Assembly (NCBI GenBank): GCA_963845755.1 | Contig: CAWJTV010000042.1 | Span: 320,001 to 384,000 of the forward strand | Length of the DNA stretch: 64,000 bases | Direction: 5' to 3' | Source: an uncultured Planctomycetota bacterium | GTDB taxonomy: Bacteria > Planctomycetota > Planctomycetia > Isosphaerales > Isosphaeraceae | In this document: in pieces, positions 12,676 to 22,511 of the stretch | How the letters are laid out: every line of letters starts with the position of its first letter | How positions within the stretch are numbered: position 1 is the first letter of the stretch | The notes under the pieces: generated by a model | What the model was told of the DNA's origin: nothing | The model's input: the letters and a program-made list of their open reading frames with translations, nothing else | The model's database searches: none | Translations under genes and position numbers: made by a program

Positions 12676-13624
12676 CATGACGAGTAGCGCCGAGGGCCTG
12701 AAGGGTCGTCGTGGTTCGATCGAGCACTTGCGGTTCAACATTATCTCGTACCTCCTGCTGATCGCCGGAATCGGCCTGGGTGTCTGGATCGCCCGATTAT
12801 CGCACAATCGGTGGGCGACAGCCGTGGGGTCGGTCGCGGGATGGATCGCGGCGATGGCACCCCAGATCGCGAAACAATGGGAGCGGGCGGTCGTCCTGCG
12901 GTTGGGAAGATACACGGGCCTGCGCGGGCCGGGACTATTCTGGATCGTCCCCGGCATCGACAAGGTCTCGTCGTGGATCGATCAGCGGATCATCACCACC
13001 AGCTTCGCCGCGGAGCAGACGCTCACCTCGGACACGGTGCCGGTGAACGTGGACGCCGTGATGTTCTGGATGGTTTACGACCCCGAGAAGGCGGCGCTGG
13101 AGGTCCAGGATTACCAGGTCGCGGTCAGTTGGGCGGCGCAGACCGCGCTCCGCGACATCATCGGCCGCACGCCGTTGACGGTGCTCCTCCGCGGACGCGA
13201 ACAGATCGAGGCGCAGCTCCAGAAGCTCATCGACGAGCGGTCCAACCCCTGGGGCGTCACGGTCCAATCCGTCGAGATGCGCGACGTCATCATCCCCGAG
13301 TCGTTGCAGGATGCCATGTCGCGCGAGGCGCAGGCGGCGCGGGAGAAAGAGGCGCGGATCATCCTCGGCCAGGCCGAGGTCGAGATCGCGCATCTGTTCG
13401 CCCGGGCTTCCGAGTCGTACGAGCACAACCCGACCGCCCTCCATTTGCGGGCGATGAACATCCTCTACGAAGGTCTCAAGGAGAAGGGCGCCTTGATGCT
13501 CGTCCCGAGTACGGCCGTCGAATCGATGGGACTGGGAGGATTACTCGGCGCCGCCGCGTTGCGACAGCAAACCCTCAGTCGGAGTCCGGGCGCATCGGAA
13601 TCGGTCAATGGGCCGGTGGTCTGA
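12668..13624 (+). CDS. SPFH/band-7 (slipin/stomatin-like) protein, copy 1
   Basis: QWERAVVLRLG, VPVNVDAV, AQTALRDIIG, WGVTVQSVEMRDV, AMSREAQAARE; overlaps the gntR stop. Confidence 0.93.
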   Translation: MASMTSSAEGLKGRRGSIEHLRFNIISYLLLIAGIGLGVWIARLSHNRWATAVGSVAGWIAAMAPQIAKQWERAVVLRLGRYTGLRGPGLFWIVPGIDKVSSWIDQRIITTSFAAEQTLTSDTVPVNVDAVMFWMVYDPEKAALEVQDYQVAVSWAAQTALRDIIGRTPLTVLLRGREQIEAQLQKLIDERSNPWGVTVQSVEMRDVIIPESLQDAMSREAQAAREKEARIILGQAEVEIAHLFARASESYEHNPTALHLRAMNILYEGLKEKGALMLVPSTAVESMGLGGLLGAAALRQQTLSRSPGASESVNGPVV

Positions 13625-13696
13625 ATCGACCCGTTTTCAGGATCCCTGGTGGATCCTCGCCCGATAATTCGATGGTCCCGCTCCTCTCGCAGCCCC

Positions 13697-13737
13697 TTGA
13701 CATCTCTCCGCGCCATTTGTACTATTCTAATAGAACA
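13697..13737 (+). promoter_or_regulatory. sigma70 promoter overlapped by a YtrA-type palindromic operator
   Basis: TTGACA (13697) - 17 nt - TACTAT (13720). Palindrome TGTACTATTC|TAATAGAACA (8/10) lies 15 nt upstream of the gntR copy 2 start. Confidence 0.8.
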
Positions 13738-13752
13738 ACAGGACGCTCGCCC

Positions 13753-14148
13753 GTGTTTACGATCGACGATTCGGATCCCACTCCGCTGTATGCCCAGCTC
13801 GAACGCGCGATCCGCGTGGCGATCGCGACGGGTCGGCTGCGGGCCGGGGATAAGCTGCCGACGGTCCGGCAGCTTGCGGTCGATTTGCGGATCAACGCGA
13901 ACACGGTGGCGAAGGTCTACAGCGAGCTGGAGCATACCGGGGTGCTGGAGGCGCGCCGGGGCGTCGGCACGTTCATCCGCGATGTGGAGGGCCGAGCGGG
14001 CTGGCTCCCCGACCGGGAGCAGCAACTCATCGCGCTGGCCGATCGATTCCTCGCCGGGACCGCCGACCTGGGATTCTCAGCCGACGAAGCGATCACTTTT
14101 CTGAAGGTCCGATGGCTGGACTGGAAACGGGAGAAATCCGATGCCTAG
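13753..14148 (+). CDS. GntR (YtrA-subfamily) transcriptional regulator, copy 2 (GTG start)
   Basis: 3' end of ORF 12811-14148: (M)FTIDDSDPTPLYAQLERAIRVAIATG..., collinear with copy 1. Confidence 0.9.
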   Translation: MFTIDDSDPTPLYAQLERAIRVAIATGRLRAGDKLPTVRQLAVDLRINANTVAKVYSELEHTGVLEARRGVGTFIRDVEGRAGWLPDREQQLIALADRFLAGTADLGFSADEAITFLKVRWLDWKREKSDA

Positions 14149-15094
14149 AGCAACGAGTGTCGAAACCCTGAAGGGAGGTCGGACACCCTCCGACCCGCCT
14201 CGCGTCAACGTGATGACCTTCATCCTGTGGGTGATCTGCATCGGTCCGGCAATCGCCGCCACCGTGATGCTGAATAATCCGATCCCGATCTTCATCGGGA
14301 TGCCGCTCGCGTTCATTCTGGCCGCGTCGCCGAAGGTGGCCCAGCAGTGGGAGCGGGCGGTCGTTCTCCGGCTGGGCAATTACACCGGCCTCCGCGGTCC
14401 GGGCCTGTTCTGGGTCATACCCGGCATTGACCAGGTTTCCTCCTGGATCGATCAGCGGATCATCACCACCAGCTTCGCCGCCGAGGAGACGCTGACCTCG
14501 GACACCGTGCCGGTGAATGTGGACGCGGTACTTTTCTGGATGGTCTATGACCCCGAGAAGGCGGCGCTGGAGGTCCAGGACTACAAGCTGGCGATCAGTT
14601 GGGCGGCGCAGACCGCGCTGCGCGACATCATCGGCCGCACGCCTCTGACGGTGCTCCTCCGCGGCCGAGAGCAGATCGAGGCGCAGCTCCAGAAGCTCAT
14701 CGACGAGCGGTCCAACCCCTGGGGCGTCACGGTCCAATCCGTCGAGATGCGCGACGTCATCATCCCCGAGTCGTTGCAGGACGCCATGTCGCGCGAGGCG
14801 CAGGCGGCGCGGGAGAAAGAGGCGCGGATCATCCTCGGGCAGGCCGAGGTCGAGATCGCGCATCTGTTCGCCCGGGCTTCCGAGTCGTACGAGCACAACC
14901 CGACCGCCCTCCATCTGCGGGCGATGAACATCCTCTACGAAGGTCTCAAGGAGAAGGGTGCCTTGATGCTCGTACCCAGCACGGCCGTCGAATCGATGGG
15001 ACTGGGAGGATTGCTCGGCGCCGCCGCACTGCGCCAGCAGGCCCTCAGCCAGGATCCGGCCGGAGCGCAACCGGTCAATGGGCCGGTGGTCTGA
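14141..15094 (+). CDS. SPFH/band-7 protein, copy 2
   Basis: Core nearly identical to copy 1; different N-terminal TM segment. Confidence 0.93.
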   Translation: MPRATSVETLKGGRTPSDPPRVNVMTFILWVICIGPAIAATVMLNNPIPIFIGMPLAFILAASPKVAQQWERAVVLRLGNYTGLRGPGLFWVIPGIDQVSSWIDQRIITTSFAAEETLTSDTVPVNVDAVLFWMVYDPEKAALEVQDYKLAISWAAQTALRDIIGRTPLTVLLRGREQIEAQLQKLIDERSNPWGVTVQSVEMRDVIIPESLQDAMSREAQAAREKEARIILGQAEVEIAHLFARASESYEHNPTALHLRAMNILYEGLKEKGALMLVPSTAVESMGLGGLLGAAALRQQALSQDPAGAQPVNGPVV

Positions 15095-15106
15095 GTCGAA
15101 CGCGGC

Positions 15107-15848
15107 CTATGGCCGATCTTCGCCCTCGGCATAATCGATGTCGAGCGTGCAGTTGAGGACCCGCTGCCGCGGGGCAAGATCCTCATAGCTGAATCCGTAT
15201 TTCCCGAAGTGATAGAGCTTGATCGTCGTGTCGGCCATCGGAGTCACGCCGATCTGATGGAGGCGGTGGGAGAAGCTGTAGTCCTCGGTCAGGTACGCGC
15301 GTTCCGCCGCGTCCGTCGGGCACGCACAGGGGGAGGAAGAAGGGATAGATCCCCTTGACAGGTCCCCAGTGGCAGTGTGGCAACTTCAGCTCGTCGATCA
15401 TACGTTTAAGGACCCCGGCGCGGATTCTCAGGAACCCGGTCGACGCGTAGAGCATCGGATAGAGGCCCGGCGCCGCGGGGCCGAAGACGACGCGGTTGAC
15501 CCCGGCGGCGAACGCGCCGGAATAATCTTGTGAGCCTTTCTTCATGTAGATCCCGGCCACGACCGGCTCGGGCCGCGCCAGCAGACGGAGCGCATCGTCG
15601 GGGTTGAAGCCGATGTCGGCATCGATGAACAGGAACGGGTCGAAGCCGTCCCTGAGCGCATCCGAGAGCATCACACAACGCAGCAGATCAATGGCCGAGA
15701 ACGAGGCGCGCCGGACCGTGATCCCGGCCTGACCTAGAGCGCGCAGCCCGTCGTCGCACTCCTTCTCGACCGCCGCATAATGCGGCACCAGTACGACCGG
15801 CTTCCCTTGCACCGTTGGCTGGCCCGCGCCGATGTGGATCGTTTCCAT
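15107..15848 (-). CDS. glycosyltransferase-like (GT-A, DxD) protein (frameshift ~15298)
   Basis: FLFIDADIGF, VVAGIY, STGFLRIR; the shifted frame continues YLTEDYSFSHRLHQIG...ADTTIKLYHFG to TAG at 15107. Confidence 0.65.
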
Positions 15849-15877
15849 CGTGTACTTTCCTTTCGTTCCGGTTCGCC

Positions 15878-16846
15878 TTATCGGCGGCTCGCATCGGATC
15901 GTCGCGGTGCCGAGGCCCCGCGCCGTTCTCGATCCCACTGCTGCCGGAAGGCTGCCTCGGCTCGCGCGACGTACGACCGGTAACCCTTCGGATCGATGAA
16001 GGGGTTTGGCGTCTCGCCGGCCTTTAACCTCCGCGCCTTCTCCGCCAGGCCGAACTGCGTGCCGTGCGGCCCGAGAAAGACGTCGCAATCGAGCGACTTC
16101 AGCACGCGGAAGGTCTTCGCGAAGTCCTGGGCCATGTCCGGATACTTGGGGTTATCGACCAACCGAACACCAGGGAGAATCGTCGTGCTCCCGTAGATGA
16201 CGACGTGGTAGGACTTCCCGTACTCCTCGATGATCATCGTCCAGGTCGTGCAGCCCTTGGTGTGGCCGGGCGTCAGATGGGCCTTCAGGGTTACGCCGCC
16301 GAGCGTGACACGGTCCCCGTCGGCGATGATCCGATCCGCCTTGGCCGGCTCGTAAGCGACCAGGTCCTCGCGCACCGGGAGGAAGTCGCCACGGCCACCA
16401 TAAGCGAGCAGGTCGGCATCCGCCGCGCTCATCGCGATCCGGGCCCCCGTAAGCTTCTTTAACGCAGCATGGCCGCCGGCATGATCGAGGTGAGCGTGGC
16501 TATTGAGCAACAGCTTGATCTCCTCGAACCGGAAGCCGAGCTTGCGGACATGGTCGCGGATCATCGGGACCGTGTCCGCGAATCCGCTGTTGATCAGGAT
16601 GTGCCCTTCGGGCGTGGCGATCAGGAACGAGGCGACGTCCGAGGCCCCGACGTAGTACAGGTTCCCGATCATGCGGAAGGGCTCGAACGGGCGGTTCATC
16701 GCGTGGAAGGATCGCTCGATCTGCGATTCCGCGAACCGCTCAGCCGCCTCCTTGATGCGGCTTCCTGCATCTTGTCCAAAGGACGCTCGAACCTCCAGGC
16801 TTGCGATGAGAGCCCAGACAAACCCCAGGATTTGCCGCGATCGCAT
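15878..16846 (-). CDS. bla: subclass B3 metallo-beta-lactamase
   Basis: PFRMIGNLYYVG, SHAHLDHAGG (HxHxDH), TPGHTKGCTTW, DVFLGPH, NPFIDP; signal peptide. Confidence 0.88.
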   Translation of the reverse strand: MRSRQILGFVWALIASLEVRASFGQDAGSRIKEAAERFAESQIERSFHAMNRPFEPFRMIGNLYYVGASDVASFLIATPEGHILINSGFADTVPMIRDHVRKLGFRFEEIKLLLNSHAHLDHAGGHAALKKLTGARIAMSAADADLLAYGGRGDFLPVREDLVAYEPAKADRIIADGDRVTLGGVTLKAHLTPGHTKGCTTWTMIIEEYGKSYHVVIYGSTTILPGVRLVDNPKYPDMAQDFAKTFRVLKSLDCDVFLGPHGTQFGLAEKARRLKAGETPNPFIDPKGYRSYVARAEAAFRQQWDRERRGASAPRRSDASRR

Positions 16847-16974
16847 CGTTCGGGTTTGCGCCGCCCATGACGCTTCCTCCGGCAACCTTATTGACCAACC
16901 CTTCGCGATCAAGCGATTATACCAGGGACACAGTGAACGAACCCCTCTTGAAAGTCTCGTACGAGGAACCGCCG

Positions 16975-17376
16975 ATGGCGAAATCCAAGAGCGCGGAGCC
17001 CAAGACCAGGTCGAAATCCACGAAAGACGAAGCTCGTGACCAGCGAATCCAGATGGAAATCATCGTTGATGCCTACAACGAGGACGAGCGAGTCATGGGG
17101 TGGGTGGGCTACCTCGAAGAGAAACTGCACGTTCCGTTTCGGGCCAAATGCACCGCCCCCCGCGCCATCTCGCCGTTGGAAGTCGGCGAAACGGTCGATG
17201 TCGTCGCGATGGGGCCGGAGAATGAATGCGGGCGGGACATGTTTGTCACCATTCGCTGGAACGATCGGGACCTTGCCGTCCCGTTGGCTCAACTGAAGGT
17301 GGTCAAGGCAGATGCCCAGACGCGTGAAGCTGTTGAGGATTGGCATTACTGGGTCGAGAAAGGCTACTGTTTCTGA
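16975..17376 (+). CDS. CcbP-like calcium-binding family protein
   Basis: EIIVDAYNEDERVMGW..YLEEKL..PF.AKC, AVPLAQL, AVEDWHYW. Confidence 0.75.
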   Translation: MAKSKSAEPKTRSKSTKDEARDQRIQMEIIVDAYNEDERVMGWVGYLEEKLHVPFRAKCTAPRAISPLEVGETVDVVAMGPENECGRDMFVTIRWNDRDLAVPLAQLKVVKADAQTREAVEDWHYWVEKGYCF

Positions 17377-17410
17377 ACTCGAAAGGTTGACGTTCCTGAG
17401 GAAAACCGGG

Positions 17411-18868
17411 ATGAGATTCTACTCAAGTTTCCTGCTGGTTATCGTCACACTGCTGGCCTGGGTGTCCGGCGCCCGCGCGCAGTCGCAGAAACCGGATGAT
17501 CCGAATGCCTCGCCGTCGAAGGCCGATGCACCTCCCAAGACCTTCGACCTCCAGGCCATCGACGCCTATATCGTGGCCCAGGTCCGCGAGCAGGGCTATC
17601 CCGGGTTATCCCTGACGATCCTGCGTGAGGGCAAGGTCGTCCTGGCCAAGGGCTATGGAAAGCGATCGCTTCCGGGTGGGCCGCCAGTTGAGCCGGACAC
17701 CGCGTTCGCGGTCGGTTCCGTGACGAAGCAGTTCACCTGCGCCTGCGTCTTGCTCCTGGCCGAGGAGGGCAAGCTGTCCGTCGAGGACCCCGTGGCGAAG
17801 TATTATCCCAAGCTGGCGCGAGCCGGCCAGGTCACGCTTCATGACCTGATGAGTCATACTTCGGGATTCCCGGACTTTTATCCGCTGGACTTCGTCGACC
17901 GCCGCTTGCGCGAGCCCATCCTGGGCGATGACCTGGTCGCGAGGTACGCCGGGTCGAAAATCGACTTCGAGCCGGGCTCGCGCTGGTCGTACAGCAATAC
18001 CGGTTACACCCTGCTCGGCCGAGTGGTCGAGAAGGTGAGCGGGAAACCCTTCGGCCAGTTCCTGGAGGAACGGATCCTCGGTCCGCTGGGCATGAGTCAT
18101 TCGGCGTTCGAGCCGGGCGCGGATTGGAGAGGTCCCACGCTCGGATACACGTCGTTCGGCCTGGGGCCGGCGGAGCCCGCGGAGCCCGAGTCGAAAGGCT
18201 GGCTGGGCGCCGCGGGAGGTTTGTGGGCCTCCGGCCCGGACCTCGCCCGCTGGGACCTCGCCCTGATGGAAGGCCGGGTCCTCAAGCCCGGCTCGCTTCG
18301 GTTCATGGTCTCACCGAAGTCGCTCACCAGCGGAATCCCCACCGACTACGGTTGCGGCTTGCATGTCCAGCACGTCAACGGCGAAACGGTCCTGACGCAT
18401 GGCGGTGCCGTCAGTGGTTTCTTGTCGATCAACGCGATGGTCCCGCGGACGAGGTCCGCCGTGATCCTCCTGACCAACTCCGAGCACCTCAATCCCGGCA
18501 CGATGCAACAGACGATCCTCCATCTGCTGACCCAGGACCTGGGGAGGCCGGGTGTGCCGAAGGTTAATGGCCCGTCACCGAAGGAGGCGGCCCTCGGCTT
18601 CCTCCATCAGATGCAGGCCGGGCAGGTCAACCGGGACCAGCTCGGCGAGGAATTCAGCCTGTTCCTCACCGAGGACCGGCTCAAGGCCGCGGCACCGCGA
18701 CTGAAAGATCTGGGCGAGCCGGAGGCGGTCGATCTCGAAAGCGTCTCCGAGCGCGGCGGCATGGAAGTCGCGTCGATCCGATTCCACTTCAAGACGGCCG
18801 AGCTGCGAGGTCTCCTCTATCGAACACCGGACGGGAAGATTCAACAACTCCTGTTCCGCAAGGGGTGA
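17411..18868 (+). CDS. serine hydrolase, beta-lactamase class C / D-Ala-peptidase-like
   Basis: SVTK (SxxK), LMSHTSG, YSN, HGG; signal peptide. Confidence 0.88.
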   Translation: MRFYSSFLLVIVTLLAWVSGARAQSQKPDDPNASPSKADAPPKTFDLQAIDAYIVAQVREQGYPGLSLTILREGKVVLAKGYGKRSLPGGPPVEPDTAFAVGSVTKQFTCACVLLLAEEGKLSVEDPVAKYYPKLARAGQVTLHDLMSHTSGFPDFYPLDFVDRRLREPILGDDLVARYAGSKIDFEPGSRWSYSNTGYTLLGRVVEKVSGKPFGQFLEERILGPLGMSHSAFEPGADWRGPTLGYTSFGLGPAEPAEPESKGWLGAAGGLWASGPDLARWDLALMEGRVLKPGSLRFMVSPKSLTSGIPTDYGCGLHVQHVNGETVLTHGGAVSGFLSINAMVPRTRSAVILLTNSEHLNPGTMQQTILHLLTQDLGRPGVPKVNGPSPKEAALGFLHQMQAGQVNRDQLGEEFSLFLTEDRLKAAAPRLKDLGEPEAVDLESVSERGGMEVASIRFHFKTAELRGLLYRTPDGKIQQLLFRKG

Positions 18869-19093
18869 TGGTCTACAACCTTCCTGAATATCGGCCTTGC
18901 CAGATTGTTGGCTCCGGCGTAATCTCTCCCCGCCCCTCGTGCTCCAAGCACCAGAGGTATGCCCGTGTTCTCACGTCTCACGACCGGTACGCTGTAGGCG
19001 CCGAAATCTGGCAAAACCGCTTGGCGACTGATCGGTCGATCGGCCGGCGTGGGATCGCCGTCAATCCAGGGGAGACGATCTCAGGAGCGGATC

Positions 19094-20162
19094 ATGCGAA
19101 GACCGATAGTCCTCTTCTCCGGTTGGCTCACCGCGGCGCTCCTGGTACTGGGACCGGCCGCCCCAGGCGCGGATGACACGGCGCGGCGGGAGCCGGTCGA
19201 AGTCGTCCTGAAGTCGCTCGACACGAAACTCCGCGTCGATGGCCGTGTCATCGACAGCCGGGGTATGTTCCTCCGCTTTCGCGTGGACACAGTTCAGGGC
19301 GACTGGCTCTGGCTGGTCGCTAACGAGGGGATCCGGGGCTGGGTCCATCGTCGGGATGTGATACCGGTTGACCAGGCCATCGCCCATTTCAGCGCGGTCA
19401 TCAAGCGCGAGCCCCGATCGGCACGGGCCTACCGCATGCGCGGGTTGGCCTACTACGATGCGCAGGAATACCGGCGGGCCGTCCACGACGCCACGGCCGC
19501 CACCCGACTCGAGCCGAACCTGGCGCCGGCATACGTCGATCGGGGTCACGCCAAGCTCGAGAGGCTCGACTTCAGGGGGGCGCTGGCCGATGCCAACGAG
19601 GCGATCCGACTCGACCCCAAATCGGCGCGTGCCTATCAGTTTCGAGGCTACGTCTGGCAGATCGAGCGGCAGTACAAGCCGGCCATCGCGGATTACGATG
19701 CGGCCATCCGACTCGACCCCAACAACGGCATTCTCTGGGTCTGCCGGGCACAATGCTGGAGCGAGCGAGGAGACGATGATCGGGCGATCGCCGACGCCAG
19801 CGAGGCCATCCGACTCGAGCCGACCCTGACATGGGCCTATGTGGTCGCGCAGCAAGTACTGGCGACATAAGGAGGACTCTGATCGGAAGTTGGAAGACGC
19901 CAACGCCGTAGTCCGGCTGGATCCCAATTCGCCTTCCGCCTACCTCACCCGCGCGCTTGTCTTGTGGGATACGGACAACTTCGCCCGCGCCCTGGCCGAT
20001 TGCGATCAGGCGAGCCGACTCGATCCGAAGGACCCGGTGATCCACCTGATCCGAGGGATACTCCTCGGCAACAAGGGCGAGCTCGGACCAGCACTCCGCG
20101 AGGTGTTGTTTCATCCGATCCTCGGTCGCAGCAATGTCAACCTCTCCGTTTGCTTCCGCTGA
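19094..20162 (+). CDS. secreted TPR-repeat protein (frameshift ~19848)
   Basis: Repeated A(I/L)AD..EAIRLDP units; ORFs 19049-19870 and 19839-20162 join. Confidence 0.82.
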
Positions 20163-20199
20163 CGACATCCACCGCCGACGATTCTCGGACTCGATCGTC

Positions 20200-21225
20200 T
20201 CATCGAGCCAGCGCACCCGGATCGAGCCCGTGCCGCAGGGTGAACCGTGCACCGACTGCGCCGACGACACAGTTCGCGCGACTCAGTCTCAGCCGCTGGC
20301 GAAGCTGGTACACCGATTCGATCCCCGTACAATGGGCGCCGAGAAAGTTTTCCACCGCCATGGGACGGAGCTTCGCGGCGGTCCAGTCGAGCGTCGCTTC
20401 ATTAGCCTCAAAGAGGTGAAAGCCTCCGAGAGCGGCATGCACGCGCGTTTCGCGAACCTTCTGGCGGGCGTATTCCAGGGTGTTGATGATGCCGGCATGA
20501 CCGCAACCGGAGACGAGCACCAGTCCCTTGTCGGTATCGAGCACCAGCGACATATCCTCGGGAACGTTGTCCTCGACCTGCCGTCCGTCCGAATATCGGA
20601 TCGTGCGCTTGAGGGACCAGTTCCGTTCGGGATAGATGCGCGGCACCGGGCCGGTTAGCCAGGCCCCCGGAAAGACTTCGGTCGGCCGCTCGACGACCAC
20701 GAACGATCCTCCCAGGGCCTCGTATTCCTTCTTGACCGCCAGCGTCCCGTTCGTCTCGCGGCCGTCGGGACCGGGCCGGCTCAGGAAGATTCCTGCGCCG
20801 ACATACGCGCGCTCGAGGGCCCTCGGGTTCTGCTTGACCAACTCGCGGCGCAAGGTGACGAGTCCTCCGACGTGGTCTCCGTGGTGGTGGCTGAGGATCA
20901 CATCGGTCACGCCGCTCAGGTCGATCTTCAGCTCCTGAGCGTTTTTCAACACAGTCTCGGGCCGCTCGCCGGTATCGAACAGGATGCGGCGGCCGTCGGT
21001 CTCGACAAGAGCTGAAAAGCCCCACTCGCCCACACCGGCGCGGTCGGTGAGCATCGTCGAGAGGATCAAGACGTCGACCGACTTGATCGGCCCCCGCGCC
21101 TCTTGCGCCGGGGTTGCCGGTAACGGTATCGCGATCACCAGCAAAGCCAGGATGGATTCAGGCCGGATGAACCTTGAGGGACTTGACCAAGGACGATCGT
21201 TGTCGTTCTGCACGTATGAAGTCAT
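20200..21225 (-). CDS. MBL-fold metallo-hydrolase
   Basis: GEWGFSALVE, ILFDTG, LSHHHGDHVGG, SGCGHAG, GGFHL, GAHCTG. Confidence 0.88.
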   Translation of the reverse strand: MTSYVQNDNDRPWSSPSRFIRPESILALLVIAIPLPATPAQEARGPIKSVDVLILSTMLTDRAGVGEWGFSALVETDGRRILFDTGERPETVLKNAQELKIDLSGVTDVILSHHHGDHVGGLVTLRRELVKQNPRALERAYVGAGIFLSRPGPDGRETNGTLAVKKEYEALGGSFVVVERPTEVFPGAWLTGPVPRIYPERNWSLKRTIRYSDGRQVEDNVPEDMSLVLDTDKGLVLVSGCGHAGIINTLEYARQKVRETRVHAALGGFHLFEANEATLDWTAAKLRPMAVENFLGAHCTGIESVYQLRQRLRLSRANCVVGAVGARFTLRHGLDPGALAR

Positions 21226-21439
21226 GGTGGGTCGTCTCCTGGCGAGAGAGAGCTCGGTTGCGAAGCCAATGTGTGCCTCAACCCGATTATGCTTCGGCGA
21301 ACTCGGGAGGGCGAGACCCGGAATCGCAGTCTTCCGCCAGAGCCCACCGGTACGTATGCTGGTGCCGGACTTGGTCCAGGACCGGTCGCCTCAGGGCATG
21401 AAGGCCGAGCCGAGGGAACCGGGATCACGGGAGGACTTC

Positions 21440-22429
21440 ATGCTGCGCGTCGGCGTGATCGGTTGCGGCCCGATCGGTGCCTTGCATGCGGAGGCGGTGT
21501 GCAGCTCATCGTCCGCAACGCTCGCGGCTGTGTGCGACGTCAGCCGGGAACGCGCCGAGCAGCTCGCCCGACGGTTGGGCGGAGGCGTTGTCGCGCACGA
21601 TCGGCTCGACGCGATGCTCGAACAGGACGCGCTCGATGTGGTGACAGTGGCGACACCGGACCACCTCCACGTCAACGTCGCACTCACGGCGATTGCGGCG
21701 GGATGCCACGTCTTCTGCGAGAAGCCGTTGGCCGCGACGGCCAACGATGCTCGACGACTGGTCGAAGCCGCCGCATGCCGAGGAGTGCTGTTGGGGGTCG
21801 ACTACAATCGCCGTTTTGGGTATGGCTACCAGGTTGCTCGTGGTCTGCTGGACGGTCGGAAGCTCGGCGAGGTGCATCAGGTCGTGATCCACGTCCTCGA
21901 CCGGCCCCCCCGGGCCGAGGTCGCGCGGGTCCCTGAGGTGATCCTCACGACCTTACTCACGCATCACCTCGACCTGGCTCGTTGGTTCGGCGGTGAGGTC
22001 GCGTCGATCGCGGCCCGATTTGGACCGATCGATCCCAATGAGCCGCGAGTGCGACGTGACGTCGCGTTGACGCTCACTTTCGCAGGCGGCGCGATCGGGG
22101 CGATTGTGGCAGGCTATCGCGACGGTCAGACGCGTACATTCGAGAGTGCCGAGATCGTCGGCAGACTGGGCACGGTGCGGGTCGAGGACGTGACTCGCTC
22201 CGCGACCTTCTGGACGGACAACCCCGATCGCCGAGAAGTCTTCGAGCCGAACCTCCTTCCCTTCGACTTCTCCCTGGATGCGACGATTCGCGAGCACGTC
22301 GACGTGTTTCTCGCTCGGGTCTTGGCCGGTCTACCGCCACCCGTTCCGGGGATCGACGGCTTGCGCGGCCTGGAGCTGGTCGAGGCGGCCCTGCGTTCAT
22401 CCGCCTCCTCAACAGGTAGTAGCCAGTAG
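21440..22429 (+). CDS. Gfo/Idh/MocA oxidoreductase
   Basis: GGAGG RBS; VGVIGCGPIG, VATPDHLH, HVFCEKPLA. Confidence 0.9.
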   Translation: MLRVGVIGCGPIGALHAEAVCSSSSATLAAVCDVSRERAEQLARRLGGGVVAHDRLDAMLEQDALDVVTVATPDHLHVNVALTAIAAGCHVFCEKPLAATANDARRLVEAAACRGVLLGVDYNRRFGYGYQVARGLLDGRKLGEVHQVVIHVLDRPPRAEVARVPEVILTTLLTHHLDLARWFGGEVASIAARFGPIDPNEPRVRRDVALTLTFAGGAIGAIVAGYRDGQTRTFESAEIVGRLGTVRVEDVTRSATFWTDNPDRREVFEPNLLPFDFSLDATIREHVDVFLARVLAGLPPPVPGIDGLRGLELVEAALRSSASSTGSSQ

Positions 22430-22511
22430 GCAATGGACTTTGCACGGTCAACAATGTTGGCGCGAGGCGCCTGACGCCGATCATTGCGAATTCGAACCAA
22501 CACGAGGCTGA

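Noticed and set aside
12668..15094. Near-identical duplicated genes as DGR template/variable repeats
   Set aside because: No reverse transcriptase, differences are not adenine-specific, and both copies are full genes.
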